This document shows positions 45,022 to 54,446 of a stretch of 64,000 bases of DNA, piece by piece. The DNA is from Nanobdellota archaeon. GTDB lineage: Archaea; Aenigmatarchaeota; Aenigmatarchaeia; Aenigmatarchaeales; Aenigmatarchaeaceae. Location of the stretch: assembly GCA_018901755.1 (NCBI GenBank), contig JAHIDZ010000021.1, positions 2,467 to 66,466 of the forward strand, written 5' to 3'. A model generated the notes under the pieces. The model had not been told where the DNA came from and ran no database searches. It was given only the letters and a program-made list of their open reading frames with translations. The translations under genes and the position numbers were made by a program. Every line of letters starts with the position of its first letter. The first letter of the stretch is position 1.

Positions 45022-46068
45022 ATGATGAAAATATGTTTTATAGGCAATTTAGAATCTATGCACCTGCGAGCAATGTGCAATTACTTTAAGGGCCGGCATG
45101 ATGTTCATGTTATAACATGGAAAGGTGATATGAAAGGAGTTACTGTGCATAAAATATACAGAAATTTATATGGTTTTTTCATAAATTTGTTCCTAGTAAA
45201 AAAAATTCTTAAAAAAATAAAACCAGATATTGTACATGCGCAATATCTTCCTAACGCTGGAGTCTATGCAGCTTTTTCCGGAGTAAAACCATTTTTCGCA
45301 GATCCGATGGGAGAAGAACTGACTAATAATCCATTAATGCTTATTGCTGATAGATATGTTTTCAGGAAAGTAGATGCACTGATTACACATGAGAATGAGG
45401 CTGCTGAAAGAATTAGAGAAATTGGATATAAAGGCCGCATTATTATAAAAGCGAGAGGAGTTAATCTTGATGTATTCAAGAATAGACATTTGAAGAAAAA
45501 AAACGTTATAACAATATGTAGACATATTCATCAAGAATATAGTACACACGTTTTCTTTAAAGCGATCAAATATGTTCTCAAAGAGTTTCCCGACATGAAA
45601 TTCTTGTGTATTGCCCAATATAGAGATCCAACATATCTAAAAAAAATAGAAAATATCATTAAGGAAGACGGAATAGAAAAAAATGTAAAGATAATGAGTT
45701 TCATAGAAGATTTCAATGAATTTACAAATATAATCGGATCATCTAAAGCACTGATTGACACATATTATTCAGAAGAACGTGGACTTGGTTTAGGATATGG
45801 AAACTTGGAAGCGATGGCTCTTGGAACACCGGTCATATCTGCAAAAAGACCATTACTGTTAAGAAACCCAAAGTGGTTTTACGGTTTGATATATGAAGAC
45901 CATGATGAAAAAGATCTCGCTAATAAAATAATATATTTATTAAAGAATGAAAAATTGCAAAAGAATATTATAAAGAAAAGTGAGGAGAGCGTAAAAAATA
46001 ATTTTGATTTGAATAAGAACATGAAATATATTGAAAAGCAATATGAATCTTATATAAGGAAGGGATAA
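45022..46068 (+). CDS. GT4 glycosyltransferase
   Basis: 348 aa with GT-B-like organisation. The C-terminal part is GLGLGYGNLEAMALGTPVIS. Confidence 0.7.
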   Translation: MMKICFIGNLESMHLRAMCNYFKGRHDVHVITWKGDMKGVTVHKIYRNLYGFFINLFLVKKILKKIKPDIVHAQYLPNAGVYAAFSGVKPFFADPMGEELTNNPLMLIADRYVFRKVDALITHENEAAERIREIGYKGRIIIKARGVNLDVFKNRHLKKKNVITICRHIHQEYSTHVFFKAIKYVLKEFPDMKFLCIAQYRDPTYLKKIENIIKEDGIEKNVKIMSFIEDFNEFTNIIGSSKALIDTYYSEERGLGLGYGNLEAMALGTPVISAKRPLLLRNPKWFYGLIYEDHDEKDLANKIIYLLKNEKLQKNIIKKSEESVKNNFDLNKNMKYIEKQYESYIRKG

Positions 46069-46069
46069 A

Positions 46070-46789
46070 ATGAAAAAAAATCTTAATGACATAGATTATA
46101 ATCGCATAGTATTTGATGGTGAATTTGGAGATAATTATGATAAGCTTACAAAAGATACAAAAATGTTAAATCTTAAACTTAAATGGCTTTATCAAATAAA
46201 AACTAATGATAAAATTAATATATTAGATGTTGGAGGTGGGACCGGATCAGTAACTATAGAGTTGTATAAAATATTTCCAAACGCAACAATATATGCTCTT
46301 GATGTGTCTGAAAAATTGCTTAATATTTTTAAAAGAAAATTAAGTCCAGAAGAATTAAAGAGAACAGTATTTATAGTAAACGACGCCAAAACATATCTAA
46401 ATTCAGTTAATATACATTTTGATTTAGTATTCTTCGCGTCTGTTTTACATCATATTACAGCATATAACGAAGTTGTCGATTTGTGCGCAAAAAAATCCAA
46501 TGCAGTTTATATTGCATTAGAACCATTTAAGCCTAATAATATAGCAAGATTGTTTAGATCAGTAGACTATAGGCTCAATCGTCTTATGAATCCAATAGAA
46601 ATAAAAGGAAACATGAGCCTTATACAAAAAACAGAACTGCCATATATTTCTCCAGAAGACATAATTAAAACTTTACAGAAAAACAATTATAATATTACCG
46701 TATATTATAAACTTGCAGGATATATGAATCGAGTCTTAAGAATGTTTGGACCAAAAACATATTTTCAGATATTAGCTAAAAGAACCTAA
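46070..46789 (+). CDS. Class I SAM-dependent methyltransferase
   Basis: Motif I ILDVGGGTGSV, followed by LVFFASVLHHI. Confidence 0.75.
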   Translation: MKKNLNDIDYNRIVFDGEFGDNYDKLTKDTKMLNLKLKWLYQIKTNDKINILDVGGGTGSVTIELYKIFPNATIYALDVSEKLLNIFKRKLSPEELKRTVFIVNDAKTYLNSVNIHFDLVFFASVLHHITAYNEVVDLCAKKSNAVYIALEPFKPNNIARLFRSVDYRLNRLMNPIEIKGNMSLIQKTELPYISPEDIIKTLQKNNYNITVYYKLAGYMNRVLRMFGPKTYFQILAKRT

Positions 46790-48187
46790 TAGTTTGGTAA
46801 TTTTATAAAGCACAAGTTTAGTTTTCTTTTTCTTTCTAAGAAACTGCGCAAATATTACATACTGATTCAATAGATTGGCAGGAATTATTTTAGAAATGTG
46901 TGAAAGTATTTTATAATGGCTAAAATAGAGCTGCATGAAAATTTGCTGATGTTTTATATAAGAGAATGACACCTCTGTGTTTTTCAATATATATGTATTA
47001 AAAATATTTCTTCCTTTATCTTTACTTTCGTCTATCATATCATATTTTTTATAAATATCTCTCATTTCTGTGGCAGGGAATGGATAAACTATTGATATTT
47101 GGAATAAGTCAGGATTGCATCTTTTGTTTAATTCAAATGTGTCTCGTATTGTTTTTTTTGTCTCAAAAGGCAGACCTATCATATTAAAAGAGCAAGTTTC
47201 AATACCATGTTTTCTACAAATATCAAAAGCATTTATTATCTGTTCGTTGGTCATATATCTGTTAAGATATTTTCTCCTTAGTTCATCATTTCCAGATTCA
47301 ATACCAAAGAATATTCTGGTGCAGCCAGCTTCTTTTAGCGCCTTTGCTACTTCGTCTGTTATCTTTTCAACTCTTGCCATAAAACTGAATGGTATTTTAA
47401 TATTGTTCTCTATGTAGACTTTGCAAAATTCTTTTGTTCTATTTTCAGATATAAGAAATTGCTCGTCAGTAAATATTATTTGAGGCGGATTGTATTTTTC
47501 TTTAATCGTCCTAAACTCTTCCATGCACTTATTGATACTTCTAAGTCTTACATAAGGAGAATCGCACGATTTGTATAGATCAACCATTTTCTTATTACAG
47601 CAATATGTACAATTGTGGGGACATCCGCGTCCTGTGGAGAAATAGAATCTGCCATCTCGGTCTATAAGACTGCTCTTATTGAAAATGTCTCTATCTGGAA
47701 ATGGCAAATCATCGAGACTCCCAAGCTTTCTTGAAGGATTTCTTGTTATAATGCCGTCTTTTTTTGACCATATATTCGCAATCTTATCAGCGTTTTTTAA
47801 TCCAGTTTTATCGAAATCGTTGGCAACATCAAGAGCAGCATATTCTCCCTCTCCTACACATACTAAATCAATAGAAGGCTCATTTATCATTCCTTCTGGA
47901 TCTATGACACTATGCCACCCACCAAATAATATTATAATATCAGGACGTTTACTTTTTACCTGTTTACTCATTTCAAGTATTCTTTGATAAGCCAGAGTGT
48001 GAACAGAGAACATAACTATTTGTGCATCAGATTTAATTATTTCATTTACAATTCCTTTTTCTTTTATATAATAATCATCCCAAAGCACAACCGAGTGTCC
48101 GCCTTGTTTTAACACAGCGCTTATGTAAGCCAGCCCCATGCTTATCTGTGATTCATCTGAAATGTATACAAGACCAATTTTAGCCAT
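46772..48187 (-). CDS. Cobalamin-binding-domain radical SAM enzyme (class B), paralogue 3
   Basis: CX3CX2C is TGRGCPHNCTYCCN. The N-terminal region is IGLVYIS..IVMFSVHT..LFGGWHS. ATG 48187 is preferred over the TTG at 48196. Confidence 0.8.
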   Translation of the reverse strand: MAKIGLVYISDESQISMGLAYISAVLKQGGHSVVLWDDYYIKEKGIVNEIIKSDAQIVMFSVHTLAYQRILEMSKQVKSKRPDIIILFGGWHSVIDPEGMINEPSIDLVCVGEGEYAALDVANDFDKTGLKNADKIANIWSKKDGIITRNPSRKLGSLDDLPFPDRDIFNKSSLIDRDGRFYFSTGRGCPHNCTYCCNKKMVDLYKSCDSPYVRLRSINKCMEEFRTIKEKYNPPQIIFTDEQFLISENRTKEFCKVYIENNIKIPFSFMARVEKITDEVAKALKEAGCTRIFFGIESGNDELRRKYLNRYMTNEQIINAFDICRKHGIETCSFNMIGLPFETKKTIRDTFELNKRCNPDLFQISIVYPFPATEMRDIYKKYDMIDESKDKGRNIFNTYILKNTEVSFSYIKHQQIFMQLYFSHYKILSHISKIIPANLLNQYVIFAQFLRKKKKTKLVLYKITKLLGSFS

Positions 48188-48192
48188 AGTAA

Positions 48193-49650
48193 TCAAGATT
48201 TAATTTTTAATACTTTTCGTAAAATCCACGCATTAAAGATTTTTATATATTCTTTTAGATATTGTAGTTTTCTCTTACTTCGCAAAATTGTTTTAATGTA
48301 AGGTTTGTTCTTTAAGAAACTCGTTCTATATTTAGCAGATATATATTCAGATCTTAGTTCTTCAAGCAGTTTTTTCAAATCTATATTATGTTTAGCAAAC
48401 TTAAATTCGGGTTTAAGTTCAGCTACAGCATTATCATATAATATATATTCTTCTTTCTTTAATTTTTTTATTTTACTATATAAATCGCATCCAGGATAAG
48501 GAGTTAGAATACCTACACTATTTTCATCAGCATTAAGTTCTTTGACAAGATTGAGTGTTTTTTTAACATCATCTTCATCTTCGTCAACTAAATTAAACAT
48601 AAAGTTATTGAATGTTCTCATGTTATATTTTTTAGAAAGTTTAAACGCGTCTTTAATCTGTTGGATAGTTATTCCTTTACTAACACTGTCAAGTGTTTTT
48701 TGAGAGCCAGATTCTACACCGAATTCTATTTGTATGCAATTTGCTTCACTCATAGCTTTAATCATTTCTTCATCGACTGTATTAACTCTCGTTTGACATC
48801 CCCATATTAAGTTTATCTTTCTTCTGTTGAGTTCATTGCAAAAATCAATTACTCTTTCTTTCTGTAAAGTAAAAGTATCATCATAAATAAAGAACGAATC
48901 AATTTTATAATTTTTAATTAAAGATTCTATCTCATCAACAACTTTTTCTACACTTCTAAATCTTACCTTTCTTTTCCAGAGATTTTTGTTGGCGCAGTAT
49001 GAGCAAGAAAATGGACAACCCCTACCAGTAAATATTCCAACGCCAGAAAGTGGCATATATCTTATAATACCCAGATTCGGCCTAAGATAGTAATCCATAT
49101 CGACCATACTCCAGTCTAATAGAGGCAAGTCATCTAAATTCGCAATAAGAGCTCTTTCAGCTGTTCTTTTCATAGTATTATTTTCAAGATAAGCAATGCC
49201 ATCTACATCTTTTGTGCTCTCGTTTTTTAATATAAGTTTAGACAACTCAGCGATTGTTATTTCGCCCTCTCCTATTACTGCAATATCAAACGGAGAATCT
49301 TTAAATATTATTTCTTCAGGTAAGAGTGTTGCATGAATACCGCCTACTATAATTGTTGGGTTATAGGTTTTTTTAATCCTTTCAGCAAGTTTAGTTATCT
49401 CATCAAGCTCAGTTGTAAAACATGACATTCCTATTATTTTAGGTTTATTTTTTTCAAGTTTTTCAATTATAGTGTTTTCAACCCCTTCTTTAGAAAAATG
49501 TTTTTGCAAATAATCTATTTTAACATCTATAATCTCGCAGTTTATTCCAACACTTTTTAGATAAGAGCCAAGATTTAGCATGGTTATTGGTAGCCCTATA
49601 GCATTTGCTCTCGATGGGGGTACTATAAGACTAACCAAATCATTATTCAT
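48193..49650 (-). CDS. Cobalamin-binding-domain radical SAM enzyme (class B), paralogue 4
   Basis: CX3CX2C is TGRGCPFSCSYCAN. The N-terminal region is IIGMSCFT..IIVGGIHAT. TAATG overlaps the upstream gene. Confidence 0.8.
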   Translation of the reverse strand: MNNDLVSLIVPPSRANAIGLPITMLNLGSYLKSVGINCEIIDVKIDYLQKHFSKEGVENTIIEKLEKNKPKIIGMSCFTTELDEITKLAERIKKTYNPTIIVGGIHATLLPEEIIFKDSPFDIAVIGEGEITIAELSKLILKNESTKDVDGIAYLENNTMKRTAERALIANLDDLPLLDWSMVDMDYYLRPNLGIIRYMPLSGVGIFTGRGCPFSCSYCANKNLWKRKVRFRSVEKVVDEIESLIKNYKIDSFFIYDDTFTLQKERVIDFCNELNRRKINLIWGCQTRVNTVDEEMIKAMSEANCIQIEFGVESGSQKTLDSVSKGITIQQIKDAFKLSKKYNMRTFNNFMFNLVDEDEDDVKKTLNLVKELNADENSVGILTPYPGCDLYSKIKKLKKEEYILYDNAVAELKPEFKFAKHNIDLKKLLEELRSEYISAKYRTSFLKNKPYIKTILRSKRKLQYLKEYIKIFNAWILRKVLKIKS

Positions 49651-50411
49651 TACGTATACCCCAAATCTCTCAGTCTTTTCATTATATTCTCTCTTGTTAC
49701 ACCACGGCCTGCTCTTTCGTGTGCATTTGGATCAGTGTTTTTATCTGTGCAGACATAACAACCTAAGGAAGTGAATCCTTGAGCATATAATGGATTTACT
49801 TTAAGATTAAATTTCTTCACATAGTCTAAAATGTCTTTTGATCTCCAAAATACTATAGGATGAACTCTAATATGAGCTGGTTCTTTTCTTTGTGAGAAGA
49901 ATGTTTCTTTTGCTCTTTCTTCATGTTCTACTCCTCTCAATCCAACAAAGAATGCATCAAACTTAAGATCACCAATTGTTTTCATCATCGGCGCTATCTT
50001 ATGATAACCGCAGCATATTTCAGTAAATTCTGGTGTTTTCATTCCAAATCGGTCTGCTATCTTCTGCATTTTGTTTTCGTTAGCCATTACAGCTGTATGA
50101 TTAACTAAATGCCACTCTCTTCTTATTTGTTCTATAAAGTTGTAGGTTTCTGGCAAGTCGTGTTGAGTGTCTACAAATACTGTTTCTATGTCTGGTTTTA
50201 CTTGAAGCATTAAATGTAGTAGAACTAAGCTATCAGTTCCTCCACTAAATCCCAAACCTATGTGTTTATATTTCGTCATTGCTTCTTTCATTATTTCTTT
50301 AGACTTCTCTATTTTTTCATCTAATGATAAATCTAATAGCTCTCTTACTTCTGGTAGCATTAAATCCTCGCAGTTTTTTGTTCTTTTTTCTTTATCAAAT
50401 GATTCTATCAT
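49650..50411 (-). CDS. PAPS-reductase-family (PP-loop ATP pyrophosphatase fold) protein lacking the C-terminal ECGLH redox motif
   Basis: GLGFSGGTDSLVLLHL (PP-loop), CCGYHKIAPM and GFTSLGCYVCT..ERAGRG parallel CysH. The protein ends 20 residues later without ECGLH. Confidence 0.7.
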   Translation of the reverse strand: MIESFDKEKRTKNCEDLMLPEVRELLDLSLDEKIEKSKEIMKEAMTKYKHIGLGFSGGTDSLVLLHLMLQVKPDIETVFVDTQHDLPETYNFIEQIRREWHLVNHTAVMANENKMQKIADRFGMKTPEFTEICCGYHKIAPMMKTIGDLKFDAFFVGLRGVEHEERAKETFFSQRKEPAHIRVHPIVFWRSKDILDYVKKFNLKVNPLYAQGFTSLGCYVCTDKNTDPNAHERAGRGVTRENIMKRLRDLGYT

Positions 50412-50686
50412 ATTTTTACCTCCTTTTGTTTTGATTTATAATATAAAAAAATTAAAATAAAAAATGTTGTTACTATTAGTGCAATAATATATTTTATCTG
50501 TAATGGCGCTTCTCCTATCATTAACGCATAATATAAAGCAATTATGTTACCAGCCAAAAAAATTATATATGTCAATAAACTAACTCCTTCGGTTGTTTTA
50601 GTCTTTAGTGTTTTTATTATTTGTGGAATTAGCATTGAAGAAAATAGTATTGTGGCTATCCATCCAAGTATTTGAGCGTCAATCAT
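50408..50686 (-). CDS. SemiSWEET/PQ-loop three-helix membrane protein
   Basis: 92 aa with three hydrophobic helices. The PQ motif LIPQIIKTLKTKTTEGVS follows helix 1. Confidence 0.65.
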   Translation of the reverse strand: MIDAQILGWIATILFSSMLIPQIIKTLKTKTTEGVSLLTYIIFLAGNIIALYYALMIGEAPLQIKYIIALIVTTFFILIFLYYKSKQKEVKI

Positions 50687-50687
50687 T

Positions 50688-51530
50688 TTATTGATCCTCC
50701 TTTTTTATTATCATATATGGCACTTCCCATATCTCTTTGGTTCTTTTGTTTGTAGCATGAGCATAAATTCCGTGTTCACCGAGGTATTCCCCGTGATCTC
50801 CTATTATTAAAACGTTTCCGTCAAGCATCGGCAGTAATTTGCTCACATATTCTAAAACAAGATTTAAGTTCTCTTCATACGCTTTTCTTATACCTGTTAC
50901 TCCTTCATTCATTCCAATTAATGTTACCGGAGATAATGTTTCGCTATTGAAAATCTTTCCCAGCTTCCACATTATTTGAATACCTACTATTTTCTTTATT
51001 GCATTTCCAAGCTTATTTCTTTTATCATTTTTTATTATAACTTCGTTTTCAGAGTATTCTTTAGTTATATATTTCCGATAGTTTTCTCCGATAAATGGAT
51101 CGTGCGGTTGGAGATAGTGTATAATAATTCTTTTATCCGGGTATTCTTTAATTGTCAGAATGGCTTCTTTATTTACTGTTTCTGGTGGTATTGTTTTAAG
51201 TTCGTCGGACCATTCACAATCTATAATTTTAAAGAAATGTTTTTTGCCATCATAGGTCATATCATATAATTTTGTTTCAGTTACAGAATTTATGTAAGGA
51301 ACTGTAGCCAGGTATATTGTATCATCATAATAACCTGAGAAGTTTTCATTCAGCCAAATCATTGTGTTGTTTGTTGATGATATTCCTTTTTTTAGAACTC
51401 CTGTGAAATACTTTTTATAATTCTTTTCAAAATAATCAAATCTGCATGCGTCTAATACGATCAGATATTTCCAGTCTTCTTTCATAATGTCAATCGTTTT
51501 TCCGTCTACTGTATATTTTTCTTGTTTCAT
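50688..51530 (-). CDS. Alkaline-phosphatase-superfamily (sulfatase/phosphodiesterase-like) protein
   Basis: 280 aa. LIVLDACRFDYF (first-strand metal Asp region) and LIIGDHGEYLGEHGIY (typical superfamily C-terminal motif). The subfamily is not resolved. Confidence 0.5.
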   Translation of the reverse strand: MKQEKYTVDGKTIDIMKEDWKYLIVLDACRFDYFEKNYKKYFTGVLKKGISSTNNTMIWLNENFSGYYDDTIYLATVPYINSVTETKLYDMTYDGKKHFFKIIDCEWSDELKTIPPETVNKEAILTIKEYPDKRIIIHYLQPHDPFIGENYRKYITKEYSENEVIIKNDKRNKLGNAIKKIVGIQIMWKLGKIFNSETLSPVTLIGMNEGVTGIRKAYEENLNLVLEYVSKLLPMLDGNVLIIGDHGEYLGEHGIYAHATNKRTKEIWEVPYMIIKKEDQ

Positions 51531-51536
51531 TTTAAA

Positions 51537-51749
51537 TCACATATATCCAAGTGCTTTTAATTTGTTTATAATTTTTAATTTATCATCTTCTGACAAAGTT
51601 TTTTTGCCGCTTTCAAGAGATAGCATTTCTCTTATGATAAAAATAACATAATCTGATACGCTCTGAAAACCAGTTCCTTTAATGTGTTTCTTTATCTTTT
51701 CTCCGAGTTGTACTGGTATTGATATTGTTGTATATTTTTGGTTTTTCAT
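51537..51749 (-). CDS. Ribbon-helix-helix (CopG-like) DNA-binding protein
   Basis: 70 aa. The TTISIPVQLGEKIKKHIKGTGFQSVSDYVIFIIREML pattern is beta strand plus two helices. It is the first gene of the operon. Confidence 0.65.
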   Translation of the reverse strand: MKNQKYTTISIPVQLGEKIKKHIKGTGFQSVSDYVIFIIREMLSLESGKKTLSEDDKLKIINKLKALGYM

Positions 51750-51755
51750 ATAATT

Positions 51756-51771
51756 ACCTGTAATTACAGGT
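51756..51771. promoter_or_regulatory. Perfect 16-bp palindrome ACCTGTAATTACAGGT 7 nt upstream of the RHH start codon (candidate operator)
   Basis: Read directly: taattACCTGTAATTACAGGTtattt. It also contains a TAATTAC direct repeat. It lies in the divergent intergenic region between the RHH operon and the GT4 gene. Confidence 0.5.
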
Positions 51772-51863
51772 TATTTAAAGTTGATGAACCTCTGGTATAG
51801 AACACTGGATTCTATAAATTTATGATTCATTTAATTTATAAGCAATTTAAACTAACTTTTCTC

Positions 51864-53000
51864 ATGAAAACCTGTATGATAGTTTACTCATATTATCCGT
51901 TTGATGTCAGAGTTAGAAAAGAAGCGGAAGCATTGACTAGACACAAAATTGAAGTTGATGTCATCTGTCTTAAGAAGAAGGGAGAAAAAACTTATGAAAC
52001 TATCAATGGTGTAAATGTTCACAGATTAAACTTTGAAACAAAACGAGGATCTAAGCTAAGATATCTCTACCAATATACGATATTCAACATCATCTCGTTC
52101 TTCAAACTAAATTCTCTTGACCGAAAAAGAAAATATGACACTATCCATATTCATAGTCTTCCAGACTGGTTGGTGTTTATTGCATTTATCCAGAAAATGA
52201 AGGGCAAAAGAATAATTTTAGATCTTCATGAATCGCTTCCAGAAATATTTTTGGCCAGATTTAATAGCAAACCATTAGCAAAACTTCTTGAATTTATAGA
52301 AAATATCTCTGCAAACTATGCTGATCAAGTAATAACAGTAAGCGAAACTCTTAAAAAATTGTTTGTGCAAAGAGGTGTTAGAAACAATATAACCGTTATA
52401 ATGAATGTTCCTGACGAAGATCTATCCGCAATCAAATTTGCACGACCAGCAAATCTAAAAAACAGATTTGTAATAAATTATTCAGGCGGATTGAATAAAG
52501 AACGCGGTTTAGATGTGGCAATAAAAGCAATAAATGAAATTAAAGATGACATACCAAGCGTTTATTTAATGATATTTGGTTCTGGATCAGAAGATAAAAA
52601 TTTAAAAGAATTAGTTAAAGAATTGAAACTTGAAAATTATGTTTTTTTCGGCGGACAAATTTCTAATAAAGAAGTTATGAAATATACTAAAATTGCTGAC
52701 ATTGGAACTATTCCATGGTATAGCAATCCAATAACAGAGGTGGGAATGCCAAATAAATTGTTTGAATCTATCGCTTTAGAAAAACCAATTATATGTGGCA
52801 ATACCAAAGCGATACATGATCTCATGGGAGACAGCATTCTCTTCTTTGAACCAGGAAACTACAGAGACATGGCCAAACAATTACTATTTGCCTATCAAAA
52901 TAAAAATAAATTGAAAGCCATGATAACGAGTGCTTCTAAAATTTACAAAAATATTAACTGGAATATAATGGAAAAAAGATTATACAATCTCTACAAATAA
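51864..53000 (+). CDS. GT4 glycosyltransferase
   Basis: MKTCMIVYSYYPFDVRVRKEAEAL is a typical GT4 N-terminus from ATG 51864 (the track start at 51822 adds 14 residues). The C-terminal part is PNKLFESIALEKPII. Confidence 0.75.
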   Translation: MKTCMIVYSYYPFDVRVRKEAEALTRHKIEVDVICLKKKGEKTYETINGVNVHRLNFETKRGSKLRYLYQYTIFNIISFFKLNSLDRKRKYDTIHIHSLPDWLVFIAFIQKMKGKRIILDLHESLPEIFLARFNSKPLAKLLEFIENISANYADQVITVSETLKKLFVQRGVRNNITVIMNVPDEDLSAIKFARPANLKNRFVINYSGGLNKERGLDVAIKAINEIKDDIPSVYLMIFGSGSEDKNLKELVKELKLENYVFFGGQISNKEVMKYTKIADIGTIPWYSNPITEVGMPNKLFESIALEKPIICGNTKAIHDLMGDSILFFEPGNYRDMAKQLLFAYQNKNKLKAMITSASKIYKNINWNIMEKRLYNLYK

Positions 53001-53001
53001 T

Positions 53002-54438
53002 TTATTTCCTACCTAAAAACAATTTAATTAAATCAAAATCATCTTTACTGAATGTTTTAAACACTAATAACAATCCTAAATATGCCAACATTGCAACTGA
53101 CACGAAAACGATTCCATATTCAAAATTTATGTAATATTTATCTACTAAATAAATTAGACCTGAGAAAATAACAACAGCTGGGATCGCATTCAGCACTTTT
53201 CTAGGGAATCCTATCTGCATCTTCCTCTTACATTCGATGGAAAGATATATCAACATAATTAGCTGCACTAACAAAAATCCATATGCTATCCCAACAGATT
53301 CATAGATACCATACAGAATAAATGACAGTATGGTGCTAAGTATTAGTGAGATTATAATATATTTTATTCTTGAAAGATGCCTTCCGTATGAATACAAAGA
53401 TGTCATAAGTATCATGCTCAATCCGAGAAACATGAAAGCCATTAAAACAGGAAAAAAGAACTTTGATGCAAGTATGTATTTAGGACTGTATAGATGGAAT
53501 ATAATTTGTTTTGAGAAAAATGTTATGAATACGACTGCTGGAAAAAGAATTATGAAAGCATTTTTAAGCATAAGCTCAACAAATCTTCGCGCGCTGCTAA
53601 TATCTCTTCTTGAAAACATCTCTGAAAGATATGGCAACAATATTCCGATCAGTATTAGTGGTAATGAAAGTATTATCTGCCCAAAGACAAGCGCTACTCC
53701 GAAAAGTCCTGCTTCTGCAATATCAAAAAACCCTAATATTAAAAGGCTATTCTGTATCAGCAACCATAAAACCATTGCATATACAGCCGATGATAATCCA
53801 TAATTAATAAATTCTTTTTCTGGTTTTACTGTCTTGTATGTAAAATGCCGAATTAGATATATCATTATCGTTATATCAAAAACAATAAACGTTGCAAACC
53901 AACCGAACAAACCTGCGAGCACACCAACTCCGTATGAAATAAGTATGAATGGAAGGATCAGTCTAAGAGATTGTGATATTACATCTGATACCAAAAGCGC
54001 TGAGAAATTTTTTGTTCCCTGCAAAACTCCTTTCAGAACAATACTAATGCTTCCTGCCAAAATCAACAAAGAAAGAACCATTAAAGGAATTGTCATTGCA
54101 TCATTTGCATAAATATATTTGGCAATGCTTGATGAAAATATAAATATTACAGCTGAAACAGCTAATGATATAATAAACGATTTTTTTAAAGCATATGTCA
54201 TATAAGATCTTGTTCTTGCTTCACCGTGTATTGGCAAAAATCTAGATAGTGTCTCATTGAACCCCAAAGATGTAAATGGTGACACTATTGTATACAAACC
54301 AATTACAGTCATTAGTATTCCATAATCAATCGGAGCAAGAAATCTCCCCATCATTATATAAAATAAATACCCTATAACAGAAACTATTCCCATATCAAGG
54401 AAATAATATTTGAAATCTGAAACTATTTTTTCTCTCAT
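53002..54438 (-). CDS. Wzx-like oligosaccharide flippase (MOP superfamily), copy 2
   Basis: 478 aa, polytopic, with the same overall pattern as 39888-41384. Confidence 0.7.
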   Translation of the reverse strand: MREKIVSDFKYYFLDMGIVSVIGYLFYIMMGRFLAPIDYGILMTVIGLYTIVSPFTSLGFNETLSRFLPIHGEARTRSYMTYALKKSFIISLAVSAVIFIFSSSIAKYIYANDAMTIPLMVLSLLILAGSISIVLKGVLQGTKNFSALLVSDVISQSLRLILPFILISYGVGVLAGLFGWFATFIVFDITIMIYLIRHFTYKTVKPEKEFINYGLSSAVYAMVLWLLIQNSLLILGFFDIAEAGLFGVALVFGQIILSLPLILIGILLPYLSEMFSRRDISSARRFVELMLKNAFIILFPAVVFITFFSKQIIFHLYSPKYILASKFFFPVLMAFMFLGLSMILMTSLYSYGRHLSRIKYIIISLILSTILSFILYGIYESVGIAYGFLLVQLIMLIYLSIECKRKMQIGFPRKVLNAIPAVVIFSGLIYLVDKYYINFEYGIVFVSVAMLAYLGLLLVFKTFSKDDFDLIKLFLGRK

Positions 54439-54446
54439 CTTTTCAC

